A stretch of DNA of 64,000 nt, from the NCBI GenBank assembly GCA_910584595.1, contig CAJUBQ010000011.1, positions 17,974-81,973 of the forward strand, read 5' to 3'. Of this stretch, positions 9,442 to 18,011 are shown piece by piece. How positions within the stretch are numbered: the first letter of the stretch is position 1; the number at the start of each line of letters is the position of its first letter. The stretch comes from an uncultured Eubacterium sp. (lineage in GTDB: Bacteria; Bacillota; Clostridia; Lachnospirales; Lachnospiraceae). The notes beneath the pieces are model-generated. The model ran no database searches. It had not been told where the DNA came from and saw nothing but the letters and a program-made list of their open reading frames with translations. The translations under genes and the position numbers were made by a program.

Positions 9442-9454
9442 GTGGGGTATCGAC

Positions 9455-10087
9455 ATGGCTAAAAGAAATACAAAAGACATCATTTTATTTGAGTCCCTAA
9501 AGCTGTTTGCAGATAAAGGTTATGATGGAGTAACAGTGCGCGATATTGCGGCAGAAGTTGGAATTAAACAAAGTTCTTTATACAAACATTATAAAAGCAA
9601 GCAGGAAATTTTTGATACATTGGTTGATACAATGCAATCCCGCTTTAGGGACGCTTCCACATCTTTTCAGCTGCCCAATGGAGAATTGCGGGAGATGGCA
9701 AAGGAATACGCAACGGGTGGCAACGAGATATTAAAAAAGATCAGTAGTGAGATTTTTCACTTTTACTTAAAAGACCCTTATGCCTCTCAATTTCGCAAAA
9801 TGCTTTCTATTGAGAAATACAAAAATCAAGAAATCGACCGTATCTACCGAGAAGTCTATATTGATACTGCCATTTCTTATCAGGCCGCGCTTTTTGAAGA
9901 AATGATAAATCAAGGTTTTATGCGGCAAGCAGACCCGGAAATAATGGCACTACAATTCTTTGCACCAATTTTTCTTTTATTAAATAAATATGACGGCATT
10001 GTTGAAAAAGAAAAAGAAGCGATAGCAATATTGGGAAAGCATATAGAACAGTTCGACATGATTTATCGTAAGGAGGCGATCTTATGA
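9455..10087 (+). CDS. TetR/AcrR-family transcriptional regulator
   Basis: N-terminal HTH FESLKLFADKGYDGVTVRDIAAEVGIKQSSLYKHYKSKQEIF. I chose the internal ATG 9455; the track start overlaps the upstream gene. Confidence 0.8.
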   Translation: MAKRNTKDIILFESLKLFADKGYDGVTVRDIAAEVGIKQSSLYKHYKSKQEIFDTLVDTMQSRFRDASTSFQLPNGELREMAKEYATGGNEILKKISSEIFHFYLKDPYASQFRKMLSIEKYKNQEIDRIYREVYIDTAISYQAALFEEMINQGFMRQADPEIMALQFFAPIFLLLNKYDGIVEKEKEAIAILGKHIEQFDMIYRKEAIL

Positions 10088-10572
10088 AAGCTGCAATCGT
10101 ATACGCTACAAAATACGGCTGCACAAAAAAATGTGCTGAAATGCTAAAGACTTATCTTAATGGCGAAGCAGACATATTATCAGCAAAATCTGACAAAATC
10201 AGTTTAGCGCAATATGACACGGTTTTTATCGGCGGTTCTGTATATATGGGCAAAATACAAAAGGAAATTACCCATTTCTGCAAACGCAATTTGAAGCATT
10301 TATTACACAAAAAGATAGGTCTATTTGCGTGTTGTTATACTCCAAAGGATACAGAAGGCTTTTTTGAAACACTTTTTCCACTTGAGCTATTACATCATGC
10401 GTCCTACGTAACCTCGGTTGGTGGCAAAATGGATTATGATAAGATGAATTTTCTTTACAGAAAGCTCTTCCAGTCGTTAAAGAAAATTGACGGATTCAAT
10501 GAAGGTTTTATCGAACCTGAAATAAATGCAGACGAAATCAAGAAATTAGCCGAAGTTGCCAATATGAATTGA
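10084..10572 (+). CDS. flavodoxin-domain protein
   Basis: MKAAIVYATKYGCTKKCAE...YDTVFIGGSVYMG is the flavodoxin-like pattern. ATGA overlap with the TetR gene. Confidence 0.7.
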   Translation: MKAAIVYATKYGCTKKCAEMLKTYLNGEADILSAKSDKISLAQYDTVFIGGSVYMGKIQKEITHFCKRNLKHLLHKKIGLFACCYTPKDTEGFFETLFPLELLHHASYVTSVGGKMDYDKMNFLYRKLFQSLKKIDGFNEGFIEPEINADEIKKLAEVANMN

Positions 10573-10581
10573 GGTGGTTTA

Positions 10582-10812
10582 GTGTGCGGAGAACAATGGA
10601 TAATGTGTCCTATATGCGGTAACAAAACAAGGTTGAAAATACGAGAAGATACGGGGTTGATAAACTTCCCGCTATACTGCCCAAAGTGTAAACAGGAAAC
10701 CTTAATCTGCATAAAACAACTACATATATCAGTTATCAAAGAGCCAGACGCTAAGACGCAGAGCCGACAACCTATGAGCTTAATTCTCATGGTTATCGGC
10801 TTTTTCTTTTGA
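10582..10812 (+). CDS. cysteine-rich KTR domain protein
   Basis: CPICGNKTRLKIREDTGLINFPLYCPKCKQE matches the Cys-rich KTR pattern. GTG 10582 follows GAGGTGG; alternative ATG at 10603. Confidence 0.6.
   Translation: MCGEQWIMCPICGNKTRLKIREDTGLINFPLYCPKCKQETLICIKQLHISVIKEPDAKTQSRQPMSLILMVIGFFF
10763..10810 (+). terminator. Rho-independent terminator overlapping the KTR gene's 3' end
   Basis: Long stem GCCGACAACC..ATGAG / CTCAT..GGTTATCGGC followed by TTTTTCTTTT. Confidence 0.6.
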
Positions 10813-11095
10813 TAATTTGAATCACTCGCTGGCAATCTTTGACGGATAAAGCCGTTGTTTGACAGCGTTTGCCAACGGCGGCACAAGGAGGACGTCACAT
10901 GCCGGGAGCCTATACCGTAACTTTCGCACAATCTCATAGTGTATTCTCATTCCGTTTCCAGCCGGTAAACAGGGTGTCCTCCGCCGTGCTCTCCTGCGCT
11001 TGCGGGCATGGGCCGATTTCTGCTTTGGCGGAGACCGGTTCCTTTCATATCCCCCTATTCCACGGGAAAAGGGGTGATTCCATTGGGCTACTTGA

Positions 11096-11551
11096 AAAGC
11101 CGCACAGAAGGAGGCGGCAGCAAAGCAGGGAAAGCCCTTCTATGATAATGACCTTGTTGTGGCGAAAGACAACGGTGCGCCCCAATCGGCAAACTGGATT
11201 TCCTCCGGCTTCGGCAAACTGCTGGCCGGGCTGGATATGCCGCATATCCGTTATCACGATTTGCGGCACACGGCGGCCACGAACATGCACCAGCTGACCG
11301 GGGACTTCTATACGGTCGGTGAGGTGCTGGGCCATACCCTCGCCGGTATCGGCGCGTCGCTGGGCCTCTCCATGAACTTTGAAGCCGTCACCACCCGGTA
11401 CGTCGATGTGCGTCTGGAACGGAAACAGGAAGTGCTGGAAGCCTACCACGCCGCCGTCCACCCCACGCTGAAACAGGCCGGGGCCAAGGAACCGGGGCCG
11501 GATAGAGCGAAACCGGCGCAGAAGAAAAAGAGCCATGAAATGGAGCGGTAA
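11096..11551 (+). pseudogene. 3' fragment of a tyrosine integrase gene
   Basis: The frame opens after a TGA at 11093. The product reads ...YDNDLVVAKDNGAPQS...IRYHDLRHTAATNM...VGEVLGHT, i.e. the catalytic C-terminal region only. No N-terminal domain is present. Confidence 0.7.
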
Positions 11552-12047
11552 ACGGTATAAGTTCTTACCGCTCCGTGAAGCTCTTAACAACCCCTCGTGG
11601 AATGTGGGCACTATTTCACGATTTGACCTCGAAAATCCCACATAAAACGATGGAGGGAAAGAAAAAGAAAAGTCGCACAAACCCAGTGTTAGTAAGGATT
11701 TCATAAGGATGCTTTTTAGATTTATATGATGTAAAAAACCACATACAAGGGTATAAAAGACTATCGAATCAAAATGAACTTTTTTGACAATAATGAGTAC
11801 TTTAAAAACGGTTCATTAGATAGGTTCATTAAAACGGCTGCCTCCAAGAGCCGTTAAAATAAAACCTATGATTGGCAAAATAAAACGACGGCTTATTAAC
11901 CGTCGTCTAAGTATTTTATTGCACATAAAAACGATACTTCAGATAACGGTTTTTTTCTTTACCGCTATGCAGTATTGCTTTCTGTATTGACCTTATAGGA
12001 TTTTCACCAAATTTCTTAAAAATGTTGTTGATTGAATACTTGTTGTT

Positions 12048-12440
12048 TTATGAGAAATAGCGTTCTTTGTTTTCGCTGGGTGTCAAAAAATCTAACTGCT
12101 TTTCTTTTATTCCCAGACTTTTTCCATAATTATAGGCTGGTTCCCATGTTGATTTGTCAGCAGTTGCATGAAATATCTTATTCCTATAAACAACAATCAA
12201 CTCATTCTCACAATAAAAGTGAAAATAAAACTCCTGTTTTACAAATCCAATTTGGTCTACCATATTTTTTTGCAAACAATTAATTACGGTATTTATTTTC
12301 TCTTCATTTACTTGAATTTCATAAATCGTAATCAATCCTAACCAGATACTTTTTTTGTTTGTTACCGTCAAGTTGTTAAATATAGTTTTATCTTTTTGAC
12401 TTTTATCAATGATATAGCCTATATACACTTTATTTTTCAT
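12048..12440 (-). CDS. hypothetical protein, standalone copy of the C-terminal domain of the upstream HTH protein
   Basis: ATG 12440 is preceded by GGAGG. ELIVVYRNKIFHA...SLGIKEKQLDF aligns by eye with [13 protein letters not shown]...[11 protein letters not shown] of 12467-13084. Confidence 0.5.
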   Translation of the reverse strand: MKNKVYIGYIIDKSQKDKTIFNNLTVTNKKSIWLGLITIYEIQVNEEKINTVINCLQKNMVDQIGFVKQEFYFHFYCENELIVVYRNKIFHATADKSTWEPAYNYGKSLGIKEKQLDFLTPSENKERYFS

Positions 12441-12466
12441 TAGAACCTCCACTTAGTAATTCTATA

Positions 12467-13084
12467 TCATTCTTGCCAGTGCATTTGTTCATCTGGGATT
12501 CCTAATTTGCGACACTCATCACAAACAATTGATTTCTCTTTAGCATTTCCAATTTCATATTTTAATATTTTGTTTCTAAATACAATGAATTTAGTATTTT
12601 CCTGTTTAAAATCAACAAACCAATTTCCACCACGATTTTTGTCTGAAATCATTACTTTTGAAACTAATTCAGGGAAATCCGGTTGAGCAGAAGTAAAAAA
12701 TATAACTGTCCAATATTTCGGTTTTCCACCAGTATTCCATAACTCAACTTTGTGTACATAAATATAATCTAATATATTCTCATCCTCAATGCTCTCTTTA
12801 ATTAACGCACCTTCAAATAAAGCCGATTTTTTCTTTTTGATTGCATTATTCCCACAGGAAGAAACTTCCTTAATTCCCTCAACTGAAAGAGTATCTTTCA
12901 GTAAAACATCAACAGTAACTTTGAATGTATTGCTTAAAATAATTAACTTTTCAGTTTCTGGAAGTGCAATATCCGCTTCCCATTTAGATATTGATTGTCT
13001 GCTAACATTACAGATTTCTGCTAATTCCTCTTGCGAATATCCATCTCGTTTACGTAGTATCTGTATTTTTTCTGATAGTTTCAT
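12467..13084 (-). CDS. XRE-family HTH protein fused to an unknown C-terminal domain
   Basis: The N-terminus [27 protein letters not shown] is an HTH_3 type. The ~110-aa C-terminal domain is paralogous to the downstream gene. Confidence 0.7.
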   Translation of the reverse strand: MKLSEKIQILRKRDGYSQEELAEICNVSRQSISKWEADIALPETEKLIILSNTFKVTVDVLLKDTLSVEGIKEVSSCGNNAIKKKKSALFEGALIKESIEDENILDYIYVHKVELWNTGGKPKYWTVIFFTSAQPDFPELVSKVMISDKNRGGNWFVDFKQENTKFIVFRNKILKYEIGNAKEKSIVCDECRKLGIPDEQMHWQE

Positions 13085-13188
13085 TTAGTTCACTTCCTCT
13101 CTTGTTAAATAATTATAACAAGTTTGATTTACAAACACTATCAACTTTTCAGTTCTTTTCCGCAACCTCAAGGTGCATCTCGAATGTT

Positions 13189-13215
13189 ATGTGACATTTT
13201 GCAAATTTGTCACAT
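13189..13215 (-). promoter_or_regulatory. inverted repeat (candidate operator) upstream of the HTH-fusion gene
   Basis: ATGTGACA-N11-TGTCACAT, about 105 nt upstream of the start at 13084. Confidence 0.35.
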
Positions 13216-13290
13216 TCTCTTCCATATAGGTTAAAGCCTTAAAACATCAGGGTTTCGGGAATATAGATTACTGTTTCCTATTGTATTTGT

Positions 13291-13528
13291 GCCCCCCTGT
13301 TAGATACTGGGGGCGAAAGCAGTCGCGGCTAAAGCCACTCCTGCAAGGCTAGAACAGACAGACACCTTGCACTCCGTACGGTGTCTGCCCGTTCTGCCTT
13401 TCAAATTGCTTCTTTTTCTGCTGACGAGAGTATACTTATCAGTTCATGCTTTATCAAGAGTGCAAGCATTGCTCACGCAACAGGCTCTTGACAAATCCTG
13501 CTCTGATAAGTACATGGTAATCAAGCAG
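13291..13528 (-). ncRNA. candidate structured RNA, class unknown
   Basis: Three consecutive hairpins (13291-13314, 13319-13344, 13347-13398) followed by three nested helices (13418-13528). In the 19-bp hairpin, two positions are A.C on the plus strand but G.U on the minus strand. No ORF explains the region. Confidence 0.3.
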
Positions 13529-13555
13529 AAATGAATCTTTATGCTGTTTTTCAAC

Positions 13556-13592
13556 AATAGAAAAGCACACCTGTCTTCAATATCAGATGTGC
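13556..13592 (-). terminator. Rho-independent terminator (minus strand)
   Basis: Read on the minus strand: GCACATCTG...CAGGTGTGC (one G.U) followed by TTTTCTATT. Confidence 0.5.
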
Positions 13593-13779
13593 TTATCTAC
13601 AATTCCATGTTCAAGTTACTACAAGCCTTGCCTGTGACAGTCTTTAACCCTTTATTTTTCAATGTTTCTTCAACAATCCTTATGACAGCCTACATTTCAT
13701 GCGGCTTTCCAATGTTTTATGCGATTGTATAGAGTACGTTAGACCTTTTGAGAGTGACGCGAAACAACACTATTTTTTA

Positions 13780-14358
13780 TTACTTGCTTTGCAGCTGTGT
13801 CATACCCTTTGTTTCATAATAATCGGTTCTCGTCATACCATATAAATAGTAATCGCAATAGGTATTCACCATTTTACCGTCGCGGATATGTCCCTCACGC
13901 TTAAACCCTGCTTTTTCCAGTGTTTTATATGACGCGATATTTAGAACATGGACATCAGCCCATAATCGTTGCAATTCTGTTTTTTCAAAACAGAAAATCA
14001 CTACTTCAGTTAATGCTTCTGCCATAAGCCCATTTCCTTGATAAATCGGGGAAAGCCGGAACGCCACCTTTGCCATACGATCATTTTCAATGAGATATAC
14101 CCACATCTCACCAATTACTTTATTGTCCTTTTTATAAACAATTCCCCAATGAAAGCTCTTTGTAGGCCGTTCCTTTTTTTGAAATAACAATTCCGGGTTT
14201 AAGTCACTTTTTCCGGGACGTTTCCCCCAATATTGATACAACGATTTGTCGCCCAACCATTCTTTCAAATCATCAATATCATCATACTGCAAAGGACGTA
14301 ATAGGAGCCTTTCTGTATCAAGTATCGGTTTGTTCTGAATATAATCTTGTAGTTTCAT
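13780..14358 (-). CDS. GNAT-family N-acetyltransferase (RimJ/RimL-like)
   Basis: ERLLLRPLQYDDIDDLKEW plus a Q-x-x-G-x-G/A-like segment YQGNGLMAEAL are typical of Acetyltransf_3-type GNATs. Confidence 0.75.
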   Translation of the reverse strand: MKLQDYIQNKPILDTERLLLRPLQYDDIDDLKEWLGDKSLYQYWGKRPGKSDLNPELLFQKKERPTKSFHWGIVYKKDNKVIGEMWVYLIENDRMAKVAFRLSPIYQGNGLMAEALTEVVIFCFEKTELQRLWADVHVLNIASYKTLEKAGFKREGHIRDGKMVNTYCDYYLYGMTRTDYYETKGMTQLQSK

Positions 14359-14367
14359 AAAGCCCCC

Positions 14368-14844
14368 TTAAAAATTGAATACTTGTTCCCAATTAAAGCA
14401 GCCGGACGCTTCTGTGCTTCTCGGCCATTCGCTGCACCATACGGGAACGCCGGGGGTTTCCACTCTGTCAAAACTCGGCGTATATGGCTTTATATCCAAT
14501 ACGGGAGTGTTGTCGTTCGCGTCAATAAAAGTAAGCCGAATAATTCCCCTGTTAAGATCAATACTGATAATTTCTGATGTTGTTAAAGCAATAGGGTTAG
14601 GACGGGCGGGCGATCTTGTGGCGAAAACGCCCATTACTGCTGGTGCATTTTTATAGGGCTGTTCGGTTTGTAACAATTTACGGTCTGCTTGGTTATCACA
14701 ATCGCTAAACCACCAGATTACATTGATATGACTAAATCCTTCCAATGCTTGCAGTCCGGGAATATATTCCGGCTCTAATTCTATAAATGCTCCGTTGTGA
14801 TCATTCTTTACCTTTCCAATAGGTTTTAATTGATAATCGTTCAT
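14368..14844 (-). CDS. TrmO/TsaA-like SAM-dependent methyltransferase
   Basis: ATG 14844 is preceded by AGGAGG. Motifs GFSHINVIWWF and FATRSPARPNPIALT are characteristic of the TrmO (YaeB/UPF0066) family. Confidence 0.75.
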   Translation of the reverse strand: MNDYQLKPIGKVKNDHNGAFIELEPEYIPGLQALEGFSHINVIWWFSDCDNQADRKLLQTEQPYKNAPAVMGVFATRSPARPNPIALTTSEIISIDLNRGIIRLTFIDANDNTPVLDIKPYTPSFDRVETPGVPVWCSEWPRSTEASGCFNWEQVFNF

Positions 14845-14945
14845 ATCGTACCTCCTGTTTTTCGTTGTGAGTTCAGTATAATACCTCACATCATGTGAGA
14901 TACAAGAGGGGAAATAAAAATGCCCTGCATTTTTGCAGGACATTA

Positions 14946-15758
14946 CTACCTTAATTCCAAAGGTATTTGTATTTCAGTCAGGTACTTTGCCGGATTACAT
15001 TCATTCCATGCCCCTCTATGCACAATTTGGCGCATAGGATTGGACATTCGATATTCACTGTTTTTTTGCAGCCATTCAGCAAAAGCAATATACGCTCCTT
15101 TGATATTTGAAAAATCACCATACACCATCGTACAGGCCATAACAGGTACAGGCTCAATCGTGCGGAAACAGAATGGAGCAATATCTTTGCATAACTTATT
15201 TACAGGAACGCATAACTCAATATCTACATTTTGTTCCTTATATTCTGTGTCGTGATAAACGGAAAATGTATGATTGGACATTTCTATTTTCTGCTCTTTG
15301 GCAAAAGCAGAAAGTTCATTCCATAAATCACCCTCGGAGTAATATGTCGGAACAACTCTTCGCAAAGATAATACTTGATACTCTGGTATCGCCTTAATGG
15401 AAATATTGTAATGAAGTTCCCCTTTGTTTTCTTGTATCTCGCTTTTTGCTATCGCAATTTTCCGTATTTTCTCCTGCTCGTTTTGTATTGTCTGCTCGAT
15501 TTCTAATCGCTTTTTTTCAAGGGTTTCAAGAAGTAAACGATCATTCATTTCAAGCGCAAGCGCAATTTCAGAAACAAGAAAGCCACTGTCACGCAAATAC
15601 AATATTCTGTTCAGACTGGGGATTTGAGTTACAGAGTACATTCGGTGTCCCGTCCATTTATCGACTTCTGCTGGTTTCAACAGCCCCACTTCATCATAAT
15701 ATCGAAGCATACGAATAGATACTTGTGTTAGCTTTGAAAATTCACCTATTCTAAACAT
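14946..15758 (-). CDS. MerR-family regulator with GyrI-like effector-binding domain
   Basis: N-terminus MFRIGEFSKLTQVSIRMLRYYDEVGLLKP plus a ~150-aa C-terminal domain of BmrR/GyrI-like size. Confidence 0.8.
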   Translation of the reverse strand: MFRIGEFSKLTQVSIRMLRYYDEVGLLKPAEVDKWTGHRMYSVTQIPSLNRILYLRDSGFLVSEIALALEMNDRLLLETLEKKRLEIEQTIQNEQEKIRKIAIAKSEIQENKGELHYNISIKAIPEYQVLSLRRVVPTYYSEGDLWNELSAFAKEQKIEMSNHTFSVYHDTEYKEQNVDIELCVPVNKLCKDIAPFCFRTIEPVPVMACTMVYGDFSNIKGAYIAFAEWLQKNSEYRMSNPMRQIVHRGAWNECNPAKYLTEIQIPLELR

Positions 15759-15778
15759 CTTATCACCTCTTGTATATC

Positions 15779-15810
15779 ATTATACTTGAAGTTTTGTATA
15801 CTTCAAGCAG
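15779..15810 (-). promoter_or_regulatory. MerR-type promoter with overlapping palindrome
   Basis: The minus strand reads CTTGAAGTATACAAAACTTCAAG then TATAAT (15779-15784). ACTTGAAGT and ACTTCAAGT form an inverted repeat across the spacer, just upstream of the MerR start. Confidence 0.45.
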
Positions 15811-15865
15811 ATTTGGCACATATCCATAACGGAGAAACGGCATAGCCCCAAAAGCCGCGCCTTTT

Positions 15866-16195
15866 TCAGCGTTGACTTGATAGGATGTATCTTTGTAACT
15901 GCCATATCTTCGCCAGCGCTCCTTTGATGTCCTCAATGTCCTGCGCGTACACAATCCCGGTACTGTTGATACGCCGGGCAATCTGATTGACATTGGCGCC
16001 GATCTTTTGCAGCTCGGCGGTCTGCGCCCGGATGTCGCGGGTGTCCATGTGGACGATATACCCGTCAATAAGCATTTTCCGGGCATAGGCGGAAAAGTTC
16101 TTTGTGTGGAGCTGGGCCATTTTCTGCTGGATCAAGGCCCGTTCTTCCGGCGTCACAGGGACACGCAGCACAAAGTTTCGTGTTCGGTTTGCCAT
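15866..16195 (-). CDS. MobC-family mobilization relaxosome protein
   Basis: RNFVLRVPVTPEERALIQQKMAQLHTKNFSAYARKMLIDGYI is the MobC pattern. I chose the internal ATG 16195. No relaxase gene follows it. Confidence 0.7.
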   Translation of the reverse strand: MANRTRNFVLRVPVTPEERALIQQKMAQLHTKNFSAYARKMLIDGYIVHMDTRDIRAQTAELQKIGANVNQIARRINSTGIVYAQDIEDIKGALAKIWQLQRYILSSQR

Positions 16196-16392
16196 GTTTT
16201 CACCATCCTTTCTGAACAGGGGTTTGGGGCTTTCCCCAACAAGCAACCGGCCACGGCCCGCAGGGACAGGGTCAGGCCGGTTTTCGGAAGTGTGGCTACA
16301 CTTCCTATGATTGCATCTTATTAGGAACACTGTAAATACAAAGCTTTTCAAAGCCTACAAACCGAAAAAAATAATATTTGATCTATCACATT

Positions 16393-16438
16393 ACGCAGAA
16401 AGCCGTCCGGCATGAAAAATCGGGCGGCTTTTTTGCGT
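16393..16438. repeat. 17-bp imperfect inverted repeat upstream of mobC
   Basis: ACGCAGAAAGCCGTCCG / CGGGCGGCTTTTTTGCGT with an 11-nt loop. It extends beyond a simple terminator stem. Confidence 0.4.
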
Positions 16439-16520
16439 GGATAGAGGAAAGGAGGTAAAAAATAATTACAGAAATTTAGCCCTCAAAATTGTGCAACTTT
16501 CACGAAAAGGAGGATAGTGA

Positions 16521-16733
16521 ATGGCAGATGAAAAATTGAACACCGGCCCCGGCGAGCAGAACACACCCCCGGCTCCCGGCCCGGTAACAGAGGAACAGCC
16601 CCAGGCTCCTGCTCCCGAACAGGCCGCCGCTCCCCAGCCGGAGCAGTCCGGGCCTGCCCAGCCCGAGGCGGGGGATGTGGTGGTGTCTTTTGACAAAATC
16701 AATGAGCTGATGGCGGAAAAGCGGCGTCCTTGA
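16521..16733 (+). pseudogene. probable 5' fragment of a P/Q/A-rich ICE gene
   Basis: 70-aa ORF with RBS AAAGGAGGA. The reading frame and the GC-rich tract both end near 16755, where AT-rich DNA begins. Confidence 0.3.
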
Positions 16734-17064
16734 AGGCAAGCCCCAGGGCGTGAGAGTCAAACCGTGTTATTTCTTTGCGTTCATTCATTTTCATTTCACC
16801 CTATATCATTCTACATTTCTGGTTTAATTATGTGAATGAAACTGAATTTCAGTTTTATGAGTATTTTATTTCGTAATTTTATGTAGATACTATTGACAAT
16901 GGCTTTGGGATAGGATAAAATAAATAAAAACAAATAGAAAAAGGTGATGAAAGTCCGGCGTATCAGATGCCACATAATCGGTGGTGTTGATATGACTGGA
17001 AAAGAGTAGATAAAATCAATTCAATAGGTAAAAAGATAACTGATTGAACAGTTTATTTTTCATG

Positions 17065-17150
17065 CCTAAGGTTTGATTTTATTTTACTCTTAACTTTTCT
17101 TATCCTTAGGAAAGATTAGCCGTAGAGTAAAATCTACGGCTTTTTCTTTT
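17065..17150 (+). promoter_or_regulatory. terminator/antiterminator leader upstream of the methyltransferase gene
   Basis: Terminator GCCGTAGA (17119-17126) / TCTACGGC (17133-17140) + TTTTTCTTTT. ATTTTACTCT (17081-17090) is the perfect complement of AGAGTAAAAT (17124-17133), which spans the terminator loop. There is an additional CCTAAGG/CCTTAGG helix. Confidence 0.5.
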
Positions 17151-17177
17151 GACCAAACATGAAAGGAGAACTTAGTT

Positions 17178-18011
17178 ATGTATGACAATTTACTCACTAT
17201 TTTTGAAAAGCCATCTCTTTACAAAAAAATGGAGATCCCCTTTTGGGATGACGAACATATATCGTTGCAAATGTTAAAAGCGCATTTAAATCCAGAGTTT
17301 AATGGAGCAAGTAGAAAATTAGATTTTATAAATAAATCTGCCGACTGGATAACAAGAATTGTTCGGCCATCAGAATTTAATGAACTCCTTGATATAGGTT
17401 GTGGTCCTGGTATATATGCTGAAAGGTTTGCTCAATTTGGTTACTCGGTTACAGGGATTGATTTTTCAAAGCGCTCTATAAATTATGCGACAAGTTCTGC
17501 CGCTAAACAAAACCTTAATATACAGTATCTGTATCAGGACTACTTGAACATGAACTTGAACAAAACTTTTGATTTTTCAACTTTAATTTACTGTGACTAT
17601 GGTGCTTTATCATCAGAAGATAGGAAAACTTTATTGAAAGTGGTATATACACATCTAAGGCCCGGAGGGAAATTTTTGCTGGATGTATTTTCAATGAGTA
17701 AGTACAACTGTTTTGAAGAAAAGAACACATGGAATATATATCCGACAGGCGGCTTTTGGAAGAAAGAAAAGTACCTTGAGTTTAACTCGTCTTTTCGGTA
17801 CTCAGATTGTGTCACATTGGAGCAAACATCCATCATTTCTCCAAATGATCCTGCTGCTATTTACTATATCTGGAATACCTATTTTACAAAGGAAACTCTA
17901 ATCAATGAAATGAAATCAGAAGGTTTTAAAATATGTGAAGTATTTAGCGATGTAGCAGGAAAACCGTATTGTGAAGATAGTCTAACGATAGCTGTCTTGT
18001 TAGAGAAGTAA
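17178..18011 (+). CDS. class I SAM-dependent methyltransferase
   Basis: Motif I LLDIGCGPGIYA and post-I YSVTGIDFS. RBS GAAAGGAGAA upstream. Confidence 0.8.
   Translation: MYDNLLTIFEKPSLYKKMEIPFWDDEHISLQMLKAHLNPEFNGASRKLDFINKSADWITRIVRPSEFNELLDIGCGPGIYAERFAQFGYSVTGIDFSKRSINYATSSAAKQNLNIQYLYQDYLNMNLNKTFDFSTLIYCDYGALSSEDRKTLLKVVYTHLRPGGKFLLDVFSMSKYNCFEEKNTWNIYPTGGFWKKEKYLEFNSSFRYSDCVTLEQTSIISPNDPAAIYYIWNTYFTKETLINEMKSEGFKICEVFSDVAGKPYCEDSLTIAVLLEK

Noticed and set aside
10455-11704. Minus-strand ORFs 10455-10937 and 11045-11704
   Set aside because: The first spans the flavodoxin 3' end, the KTR gene and a terminator. The second is antisense to the integrase fragment. Neither has an RBS or family signal.
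13309-13350. Possible c-di-GMP-I (GEMM-I)-like riboswitch, because of GCGAAAGC...GGCTAAAGCCA
   Set aside because: Only a short resemblance to the ACGCAAAGC / GGCCUAAACC region exists. The GCAAAC-type elements and the two-helix tetraloop/receptor layout are not evident, and the best hairpin favours the opposite strand.
16466-16760. Minus-strand ORFs overlapping the P/Q/A-rich plus-strand ORF
   Set aside because: They are mirror-frame artefacts of a low-complexity GC-rich repeat (Gly/Ala/Ser-rich translations) with no start context.
16947-17009. Leader peptide MKVRRIRCHIIGGVDMTGKE (or the 5-codon MTGKE) as the sensor of the methyltransferase attenuator
   Set aside because: AAGGTG abuts the first ATG with no spacer, and the ORF ends more than 70 nt before the antiterminator strand. 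Ribosome-mediated attenuation is therefore not supported by geometry. It is left open only as a remote possibility.
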